Assembly (NCBI RefSeq): GCF_009914755.1
Contig: NC_060939.1
Source of the DNA: the human T2T-CHM13v2.0 reference genome, Homo sapiens
Reading direction: 5' to 3' (one strand)
Length of the DNA: 64,000 nt
In this document: in pieces, positions 53,301 to 64,000 of the stretch
Layout: the number at the start of each line of letters is the position of its first letter
Position numbering within the stretch: position 1 is the stretch's first letter
The notes under the pieces: generated by a model
The model's input: only the letters and a program-made list of their open reading frames with translations
Databases searched by the model: none
What the model was told of the DNA's origin: nothing
Made by a program: the position numbers and the translations under genes

Positions 53301-56300
53301 TCTCCATTCAATTCCATTAATCTCCATTCCATTCCATTCTACTCCAACTGATTCCATTCCATTCTATTCCTTTCCATTCCATTTCATTCCATTCCATTCC
53401 ATTTCATTCCATTCCATTCCATTCGCTTCCATTCCATTCGTGTCCATTCCACTCCAGTCCATTCCATTCGTGTCCATTCCATTCCAGTCCATTCCATTTG
53501 TGTCCACTGCATTCCATTCCACTCCATTCCATATTATTCCATTACACTCCATTCCATTCTATTACTTTCATTTCCATTCAATTCCATTCCATTTGATTCC
53601 ATTCCACTCGGTTTCATTCCATTTGAGTCCACTCCATTCCATTCCATTCCATTCAGTTCCATTCCATTCTGTTCCATTCCATTCCGTTCCATTCCATTCC
53701 ATTCCATGCGGTACCATTCCATATTGTTCCATTCGATTCCATTCGAATCCATTCCATTCCAGTCCATTCCATTCGATTCCATTCCATTCATTTCAATTCC
53801 ATTCCATTCCATTCCATTACATTCCACTTGATTCCTCTCCATTCCCTTCCACTGCATTCCGTTCGATTCCATTCCATTGCATTGCATTCCATTCCATTGG
53901 ATTGCATTCCATTCGATTCCATTCCATTCGAATCAATTACATAGCAATCCATTACATTCGAGTCTATTCTCTTCCGTTCCATTCGATTTCGTTCCAATCC
54001 ATTCGATTCCATTCCATTCGATTCCATTCCATGCTATTGCATTCCATTCTATTACATTATATTCGAATAAGTTCCATTCAAGACCATTTCTTTTGAGTCC
54101 ATTCTATTTGAGTCCATTCCCTTTGATTCCATAACATTTGAGTCCATTCAATTCCATTCCTTTCGTTTCCATTCCATTTGATGCCATTCCATTCAATTCT
54201 GTTCTACTCGACTCCAATACATTCAATTCCATTCCATCCGATTCCATTACATTCTTTTCATTTCTTATCCATTTCAAGCCATTCCACTCCATTCCATTCC
54301 ACTCGTTTCCTTTCCATTCGAGTCCATTCCTCTCCAGTCCATTCCGTTCAATCCATTCCATTCCAGTCCATTCCATTCGAGTCCGTTCCATTCCAGTCCA
54401 TTCCATTCGAGTCAATTCCATTCCATTCGATGTCTTTCCATAACGATCCATTCCATTCTATTCCTTTCGATTCCATTCCATTCTATTTCATTCCATTCGA
54501 TTCCCTTCCATTGGACTCCTTTCCATTCGAGTGCATTCCATTCCGTTCCATTTCTTTCCGTTCTGTACGATTCCTACCGTTCGATTTCATTTTGTTACAG
54601 TCCATTCCTTTCGCGTCCATTCCATTCCATTTCACTCCATTCGATTCCATTCCACTCGATTCCACTTCGTTCCATTTCATTGCATTCCATTCTATTCAAC
54701 TCTATTGCCTTCCATTCCATTCCATTCGATTACATTCCATGCGATTCCATTCGAAATCGAATCAATTACATTGCAATCCATTACTATTGAGTCCGTTTTA
54801 TTCCAGTCCACTGCATTCTGGTCCATTCCATTTGATTCCATTCCATTCTATTCCATTCCATACAGTTGCATTCCATTGGATTCCATGCTATATCTATAAA
54901 TTCAATTCGAGACCATTGCTTTTGAGTCCATTCTATATGATTCCATTCCATTCAAGTCCATTACATTTGGTTCAATTCCATTCCATTCCATTCCCTTCCA
55001 TTCCATTCCATTTGATATCAATCCATTCGATTCCATTCCATTCGAGCACATTCCATTCGAGTCCATTCCATTCGAAGCCATTCCATTTGATTCTATTCCA
55101 TTAGTCTCCATTCAATTCCATTAATCTCCATTCCATTCCATTCTATTCCAACTGATTCCATTCCACTCTATTCCTTTCCATTCCATTTCATTCCATTCCA
55201 TTCCATTTCATTCCATTCCATTCCATTCGTGTCCATTCCACTCCAGTCCATTCCATTCGTGTCCATTCCATTCCAGTCCATTCCATTTGTGTCCACTGCA
55301 TTCCATTCCACTCCATTCCATATTATTCCATTACACTCCATTCCATTCTATTACTTTCATTTCCATTCAATTCCATTCCATTTGATTCCATTCCACTCGG
55401 TTTCATTCCATTTGAGTCCACTCCATTCCATTCCATTCCATTCCATTCAGTTCCATTCCATTCTGTTCCATTCCATTCCGTTCCATTACATTCCATTCCA
55501 TTCGGTACCATTCCATATTGTTCCATTCGATTCCATTCGAATCCATTCCATTCCAGTCCATTCCATTCGATTCCATTCCATTCATTTCAATTCCATTCCA
55601 TTCCATTCCATTACATTCCACTTGATTCCTCTCCATTCCCTTCCACTGCATTCCGTTCGATTCCATTCCATTGCATTGCATTCCATTCCATTGGATTGCA
55701 TTCCATTCGATTCCATTCCATTCGAATCAATTACATAGCAATCCATTACATTCGAGTCTATTCTATTCCGTTCCATTCGATTTCGTTCCAATCCATTCGA
55801 TTCCATTCCATTCGATTCCATTCCATACTATTGCATTCCATTCGATTACATTATATTCGAATAAGTTCCATTCAAGACCATTTCTTTTGAGTCCATTCTA
55901 TTTGAGTCCATTCCCTTTGATTCCATAACATTTGAGTCCATTCAATTCCATTCCTTTCGTTTCCATTCCATTTGATGCCATTCCATTCAATTCTGTTCTA
56001 CTCGACTCCAATACATTCAATTCCATTCCATCCGATTCCATTACATTCTTTTCATTTCTTATCCATTTCAAGCCATTCCACTCCATTCCATTCCAGTCAT
56101 TTCCTTTCCATTCGAGTCCATTCCTCTCCAGTCCATTCCGTTCAATCCATTCCATTCCAGTCCATTCCATTCGAGTCCGTTCCATTCCAGTCCATTCCAT
56201 TCGAGTCAATTCCATTCCATTCGATGTCTTTCCATAACGATCCATTCCATTCTATTCCTTTCGATTCCATTCCATTCTATTTCATTCCATTCGATTCCCT

Positions 56301-56899
56301 TCCATTGGACTCCTTTCCATTCGAGTGCATTCCATTCCGTTCCATTTCTTTCCGTTCTGTACGATTCCTACCGTTCGATTTCATTTTGTTCCAGTCCATT
56401 CCTTTCGCGTCCATTCCATTCCATTTCACTCCATTCGATTCCATTCCACTCGATTCCACTTCGTTCCATTTCATTGCATTCCATTCTATTCAACTCTATT
56501 GCCTTCCATTCCATTCCATTCGATTACATTCCATGCGATTCCATTCGAAATCGAATCAATTACATTGCAATCCATTACTATTGAGTCCGTTTTATTCCAG
56601 TCCACTGCATTCTGGTCCATTCCATTTGATTCCATTCCATTCTATTCCATTCCATACAGTTGCATTCCATTGGATTCCATGCTATATCTATAAATTCAAT
56701 TCGAGACCATTGCTTTTGAGTCCATTCTATATGATTCCATTCCATTCAAATCCATTACATTTGGTTCAATTCCATTCCATTCCATTCCCTTCCATTCCAT
56801 TCCATTTGATATCAATCCATTCGATTCCATTCCATTCGAGCACATTCCATTCGAGTCCATTCCATTCGATGCCATTCCATTTGATTCTATTCCATTAGT

Positions 56900-59800
56900 C
56901 TCCATTCAATTCCATTAATCTCCATTCCATTCCATTCTACTCCAACGGATTCCATTCCATTCTATTCCTTTCCATTCCATTTCATTCCATTCCATTCCAT
57001 TTCATTCCATTCCATTCCATTCGTGTCCATTCCACTCCAGTCCATTCCATTCGTGTCCATTCCATTCCAGTCCATTCCATTTGTGTCCACTGCATTCCAT
57101 TCCACTCCATTCCATATTATTCCTTTACACTCCATTCCATTCTATCACTTTCATTTCCATTCAATTCCATTCCATTTGATTCCATTCCACTCGGTTTCAT
57201 TCCATTTGAGTCCACTCCATTCCATTCCATTGCATTCCATTCAGTTCCATTCCATTCTGTTCCATTCCATTCCGTTCCATTACATTCCATTCCATTCGGT
57301 ACCATTCCATATTGTTCCATTCGATTCCATTCGAATCCATTCCATTCCAGTCCATTCCATTCGATTCCATTCCATTCATTTCAATTCCATTCCATTCCAT
57401 TCCATTACATTCCACTTGATTCCTCTCCATTCCCTTCCACTGCATTCCGTTCGATTCCATTCCATTGCATTGCATTCCATTCCATTGGATTGCATTCCAT
57501 TCGATTCCATTCCATTCGAATCAATTACATAACAATCCATTACATTCGAGTCTATTCTCTTCCGTTCCATTCGATTTCGTTCCAATCCATTGGATTCCAT
57601 TCCATTCGATTCCATTCCATACTATTGCATTCCATTCTATTACATTATATTCGAATAAGTTCCATTCAAGACCATTTCTTTTGAGTCCATTCTATTTGAG
57701 TCCATTCCCTTTGATTCCATAACATTTGAGTCCATTCAATTCCATTCCTTTCGTTTCCATTCCATTTGATGCCATTCCATTCAATTCTGTTCTACTCGAC
57801 TCCAATACACTCAATTCCATTCCATCCGATTCCATTACATTCTTTTCATTTCTTATCCATTTCAAGCCATTCCACTCCATTCCATTCCACTCGTTTCCTT
57901 TCCATTCGAGTCCATTCCTCTCCAGTCCATTCCGTTCAATCCATTCCATTCTAGTCCATTCCATTCGAGTCCGTTCCATTCCAGTCCATTCCATTCGAGT
58001 CAATTCCATCCCATTCGATGTCTTTCCATAACGATCCATTCCATTCTATTCCTTTCGATTCCATTCCATTCTATTTCATTCCATTCGATTCCCTTCCATT
58101 GGACTCCTTTCCATTCGAGTGCATTCCATTCCTTTCCATTTCTTTCCGTTCTGTACGATTCCTACCGTTCGATTTCATTTTGTTCCAGTCCATTCCTTTC
58201 GCGTCCATTCCATTCCATTTCACTCCATTCGATTCCATTCCACTCGATTCCACTTCGTTCCATTTCATTGCATTCCATTCTATTCAACTCTATTGCCTTC
58301 CATTCCATTCCATTCGATTACATTCCATGCGATTCCATTCGAAATCGAATCAATTACATTGCAATCCATTACTATTGAGTCCGTTTTATTCCAGTCCACT
58401 TCATTCTGGTCCATTCCATTTGATTCCATTCCATTCTATTCCATTCCATACAGTTGCATTCCATTGGATTCCATGCTATATCTATAAATTCAATTCGAGA
58501 CCATTGCTTTTGAGTCCATTCTATATGATTCCATTCCATTCAAGTCCATTACATTTGGTTCAATTCCATTCCATTCCATTCCCTTCCATTCCATTCCATT
58601 TGATATCAATCCATTCGATTCCATTCCATTCGAGCACATTCCATTCGAGTCCATTCCATTCGATGCCATTCCATTTGATTCTATTCCATTAGTCTCCATT
58701 CAATTCCATTAATCTCCATTCCATTCCATTCTACTCCAACTGATTCCATTCCATTCTATTCCTTTCCATTCCATTTCATTCCATTCCATTCCATTTCATT
58801 CCATTCCATTCCATTCGTGTCCATTCCACTCCAGTCCATTCCATTCGTGTCCATTCCATTCCAGTCCATTCCATTTGTGTCCACTGCATTCCATTCCACT
58901 CCATTCCATATTATTCCATTACACTCCATTCCATTCTATCACTTTCATTTCCATTCAATTCCATTCCATTTGATTCCATTCCACTCGGTTTCATTCCATT
59001 TGAGTCCACTCCATTCCATTCCATTGCATTCCATTCAGTTCCATTCCATTCTGTTCCATTCCATTCCGTTCCATTACATTCCATTCCATTCGGTACCATT
59101 CCATATTGTTCCATTCGATTCCATTCGAATCCATTCCATTCCAGTCCATTCCATTCGATTCCATTCCATTCATTTCAATTCCATTCCATTCCATTCCATT
59201 ACATTCCACTTGATTCCTCTCCATTCCCTTCCACTGCATTCCGTTCGATTCCATTCCATTGCATTGCATTCCATTCCATTGGATTGCATTCCATTCGATT
59301 CCATTCCATTCGAATCAATTACATAGCAATCCATTACATTCGAGTCTATTCTATTCCGTTCCATTCGATTTCGTTCCAATCCATTCGATTCCATTCCATT
59401 CGATTCCATTCCATACTATTGCATTCCATTCGATTACATTATATTCGAATAAGTTCCATTCAAGACCATTTCTTTTGAGTCCATTCTATTTGAGTCCATT
59501 CCCTTTGATTCCATAACATTTGAGTCCATTCAATTCCATTCCTTTCGTTTCCATTCCATTTGATGCCATTCCATTCAATTCTGTTCTACTCGACTCCAAT
59601 ACACTCAATTCCATTCCATCCGATTCCATTACATTCTTTTCATTTCTTATCCATTTCAAGCCATTCCACTCCATTCCATTCCACTCGTTTCCTTTCCATT
59701 CGAGTCCATTCCTCTCCAGTCCATTCCGTTCAATCCATTCCATTCCAGTCCATTCCATTCGAGTCCGTTCCATTCCAGTCCATTCCATTCGAGTCAATTC

Positions 59801-62800
59801 CATTCCATTCGATGTCTTTCCATAACGATCCATTCCATTCTATTCCTTTCGATTCCATTCCATTCTATTTCATTCCATTCGATTCCCTTCCATTGGACTC
59901 CTTTCCATTCGAGTGCATTCCATTCCTTTCCATTTCTTTCCGTTCTGTACGATTCCTACCGTTCAATTTCATTTTGTTCCAGTCCATTCCTTTCGCGTCC
60001 ATTCCATTCCATTTCACTCCATTCGATTCCATTCCACTCGATTCCACTTCGTTCCATTTCATTGCATTCCATTCTATTCAACTCTATTGCCTTCCATTCC
60101 ATTCCATTCGATTACATTCCATGCGATTCCATTCGAAATCGAATCAATTACATTGCAATCCATTACTATTGAGTCCGTTTTATTCCAGTCCACTGCATTC
60201 TGGTCCATTCCATTTGATTCCATTCCATTCTATTCCATTCCATACAGTTGCATTCCATTGGATTCCATGCTATATCTATAAATTCAATTCGAGACCATTG
60301 CTTTTGAGTCCATTCTATATGATTCCATTCCATTCAAGTCCATTACATTTGGTTCAATTCCATTCCATTCCATTCCCTTCCATTCCATTCCATTTGATAT
60401 CAATCCATTCGATTCCATTCCATTCGAGCACATTCCATTCGAGTCCATTCCATTCGATGCCATTCCATTTGATTCTATTCCATTAGTCTCCATTCAATTC
60501 CATTAATCTCCATTCCATTCCATTCTACTCCAACTGATTCCATTCCATTCTATTCCTTTCCATTCCATTTCATTCCATTCCATTCCATTTCATTCCATTC
60601 CATTCCATTCGTGTCCATTCCACTCCAGTCCATTCCATTCGTGTCCATTCCATTCCAGTCCATTCCATTTGTGTCCACTGCATTCCATTCCACTCCATTC
60701 CATATTATTCCATTACACTCCATTCCATTCTATCTCTTTCATTTCCATTCAATTCCATTCCATTTGATTCCATTCCACTCGGTTTCATTCCATTTGAGTC
60801 CACTCCATTCCATTCCATTGCATTCCATTCAGTTCCATTCCATTCTGTTCCATTCCATTCCGTTCCATTACATTCCATTCCATTCGGTACCATTCCATAT
60901 TGTTCCATTCGATTCCATTCGAATCCATTCCATTCCAGTCCATTCCATTCGATTCCATTCCATTCATTTCAATTCCATTCCATTCCATTCCATTACATTC
61001 CACTTGATTCCTCTCCATTCCCTTCCACTGCATTCTGTTCGATTCCATTCCATTGCATTGCATTCCATTCCATTGGATTGCATTCCATTCGATTCCATTC
61101 CATTCGAATCAATTACATAGCAATCCATTACATTCGAGTCTATTCTATTCCGTTCCATTCGATTTCGTTCCAATCCATTCGATTCCATTCCATTCGATTC
61201 CATTCCATACTATTGCATTCCATTCGATTACATTATATTCGAATAAGTTCCATTCAAGACCATTTCTTTTGAGTCCATTCTATTTGAGTCCATTCCCTTT
61301 GATTCCATAACATTTGAGTCCATTCAATTCCATTCCTTTCGTTTCCATTCCATTTGATGCCATTCCATTCAATTCTGTTCTACTCGACTCCAATACACTC
61401 AATTCCATTCCATCCGATTCCATTACATTCTTTTCATTTCTCATCCATTTCAAGCCATTCCACTCCATTCCATTCCACTCGTTTCCTTTCCATTCGAGTC
61501 CATTCCTCTCCAGTCCATTCCGTTCAATCCATTCCATTCCAGTCCATTCCATTCGAGTCCGTTCCATTCCAGTCCATTCCATTCGAGTCAATTCCATTCC
61601 ATTCGATGTCTTTCCATAACGATCCATTCCATTCTATTCCTTTCGATTCCATTCCATTCTATTTCATTCCATTCGATTCCCTTCCATTGGACTCCTCTCC
61701 ATTCGAGTGCATTCCATTCCTTTCCATTTCTTTCCGTTCTGTACGATTCCTACCGTTCGATTTCATTTTGTTCCAGTCCATTCCTTTCGCGTCCATTCCA
61801 TTCCATTTCACTCCATTCGATTCCATTCCACTCGATTCCACTTCGTTCCATTTCATTGCATTCCATTCTATTCAACTCTATTGCCTTCCATTCCATTCCA
61901 TTCGATTACATTCCATGCGATTCCATTCGAAATCGAATCAATTACATTGCAATCCATTACTATTGAGTCCGTTTTATTCCAGTCCACTGCATTCTGGTCC
62001 ATTCCATTTGATTCCATTCCATTCTATTCCATTCCATACAGTTGCATTCCATTGGATTCCATGCTATATCTATAAATTCAATTCGAGACCATTGCTTTTG
62101 AGTCCATTCTATATGATTCCATTCCATTCAAATCCATTACTTTTGGTTCAATTCCATTCCATTCCATTCCCTTCCATTCCATTCCATTTGATATCAATCC
62201 ATTCGATTCCATTCCATTCGAGCACATTCCATTCGAGACCATTCCATTCGATGCCATTCCATTTGATTCTATTCCATTAGTCTCCATTCAATTCCATTAA
62301 TCTCCATTCCATTCCATTCTACTCCAACTGATTCCATTCCATTCTATTCCTTTCCATTCCATTTCATTCCATTCCATTCCATTTCATTCCATTCCATTCC
62401 ATTCGTGTCCATTCCATTCCAGTCCATTCCATTTGTGTCCACTGCATTCCATTCCACTCCATTCCATATTATTCCATTACACTCCATTCCATTCTATCAC
62501 TTTCATTTCCATTCAATTCCATTCCATTTGATTCCATTCCACTCGGTTTCATTCCATTTGAGTCCACTCCATTCCATTCCATTGCATTCCATTCAGTTCC
62601 ATTCCATTCTGTTCCATTCCATTCCGTTCCATTACATTCCATTCCATTCGGTACCATTCCATATTGTTCCATTCGATTCCATTCGAATCCATTCCATTCC
62701 AGTCCATTCCATTCGATTCCATTCCATTCATTTCAATTCCATTCCATTCCATTCCATTACATTCCACTTGATTCCTCTCCATTCCCTTCCACTGCATTCC

Positions 62801-64000
62801 GTTCGATTCCATTCCATTGCATTGCATTCCATTCCATTGGATTGCATTCCATTCGATTCCATTCCATTCGAATCAATTAAATAGCAATCCATTGCATTCG
62901 AGTCTATTCTCTTCCTTTCCATTCGATTTCGTTCCAATCCATTCGATTCCATTCCATTCGATTCCATTCCATACTATTGCATTCCATTCGATTACATTAT
63001 ATTCGAATAAGTTCCATTCAAGACCATTTCTTTTGAGTCCATTCTATTTGAGTCCATTCCCTTTGATTCCATAACATTTGAGTCCATTCAATTCCATTCC
63101 TTTCGTTTCCATTCCATTTGATGCCATTCCATTCAATTCTGTTCTACTCGACTCCAATACACTCAATTCCATTCCATCCGATTCCATTACATTCTTTTCA
63201 TTTCTTATCCATTTCAAGCCATTCCACTCCATTCCATTCCACTCGTTTCCTTTCCATTCGAGTCCATTCCTCTCCAGTCCATTCCGTTCAATCCATTCCA
63301 TTCCAGTCCATTCCATTCGAGTCCGTTCCATTCCAGTCCATTCCATTCGAGTCAATTCCATTCCATTCGATGTCTTTCCATAACGATCCATTCCATTCTA
63401 TTCCTTTCGATTCCATTCCATTCTATTTCATTCCATTCGATTCCCTTCCTTTGGACTCCTTTCCATTCGAGTGCATTCCATTCCGTTCCATTTCTTTCCG
63501 TTCTGTACGATTCCTACCGTTCGATTTCATTTTGTTCCAGTCCATTCCTTTCGCGTCCATTCCATTCCATTTCACTCCATTCGATTCCATTCCACTCGAT
63601 TCCACTTCGTTCCATTTCATTGCATTCCATTCTATTCAACTCTATTGCCTTCCATTCCATTCCATTCGATTACATTCCATGCGATTCCATTCGAAATCGA
63701 ATCAATTACATTGCAATCCATTACTATTGAGTCCGTTTTATTCCAGTCCACTGCATTCTGGTCCATTCCATTTGATTCCATTCCATTCTATTCCATTCCA
63801 TACAGTTGCATTCCATTGGATTCCATGCTATATCTATAAATTCAATTCGAGACCATTGCTTTTGAGTCCATTCTATATGATTCCATTCCATTCAAATCCA
63901 TTACATTTGGTTCAATTCCATTCCATTCCATTCCCTTCCATTCCATTCCATTTGATATCAATCCATTCGATTCCATTCCATTCGAGCACATTCCATTCGA
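56900..64000 (+). repeat. Homogeneous run of monomer-expanded ~1,794-bp units
   Basis: Consecutive 1794-bp spacings (the last is 1764). Shared AATACACTC (~57805, ~59598, ~61392, ~63156), CCATTGCATTCCATTCAG and CTATC variants. Confidence 0.85.

Larger units (their letters stand above)
828..63078 (+). repeat. ~1.79-kb higher-order repeat unit, 37 copies of the anchor motif
   Basis: Anchor (start of the recurring MSPFNSIPF ORF) at 828, 2632, 4431, 6235, 8024, 9818, 11591, 13380, 15174, 16948, 18741, 20550, 22339, 24128, 25921, 27715, 29499, 31283, 33066, 34855, 36658, 38447, 39497, 41300, 43089, 44139, 45179, 46963, 48742, 50531, 52334, 54138, 55932, 57726, 59520, 61314, 63078. Spacings are 1764-1809 bp except three of 1050, 1050 and 1040. 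Confidence 0.97.
1..64000 (+). repeat. Human Satellite 3-type (CATTC)n array, pericentromeric/acrocentric heterochromatin; probably D15Z1 (chr15 HSat3, 1.8-kb KpnI unit)
   Basis: Diverged CATTC pentamers run end to end on the + strand with no strand switch. Long pure (CATTC)n runs favour HSat3 over HSat2. One GGTACC per unit (first at 400-405). The HSat3 call is near certain; the D15Z1/chr15 identity rests on recalled unit size plus KpnI site (about 0.75). Confidence 0.97.

Noticed and set aside
1-64000. CRISPR-like or other repeat-spacer system
   Set aside because: There are no unique spacers; the sequence between motifs is itself repeated almost identically every ~1.8 kb, and no associated genes exist.
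1-64000. Assignment to DYZ1 (3.6 kb) or chr1 HSat2 (1.77 kb)
   Set aside because: The 3.6-kb period is only a local dimer of near-identical 1.8-kb units, and the HSat2 hallmark CATTCGATGATGATT-type repeats are absent.
1-64000. Strand inversion or Alu/L1 insertion
   Set aside because: No GGAAT-oriented stretch or non-satellite sequence longer than ~10 bp was seen, and anchor spacings leave no room for one.

Overview
The whole 64 kb is one uninterrupted, single-orientation array of primate (CATTC)n/(GGAAT)n satellite, Human Satellite 3 type. It is built as ~37 head-to-tail copies of a ~1.79-kb higher-order unit, each with one KpnI site (GGTACC). A 1.8-kb KpnI HSat3 unit matches what is known for D15Z1 on chromosome 15p; this assignment is from recall, not a search. 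I found no genes, RNA genes, transposons, CRISPR arrays or inversions, and all listed ORFs are translations of the pentamer (IPFHS / MEWNG). I see no new gene-encoded system. What is of interest is the structural history of the array: the unit looks like an ancient dimer of ~0.9-kb halves; there are nested recent duplications (3,603, 5,356/7, 4,642 and 1,050 bp); three copies of a 739-bp microhomology-bounded deletion; a 20-bp non-canonical insert; mosaic (conversion-like) units; a site hit by several independent lesions; and clusters of private mutations. Variant comparisons were made by eye and should be confirmed by alignment.
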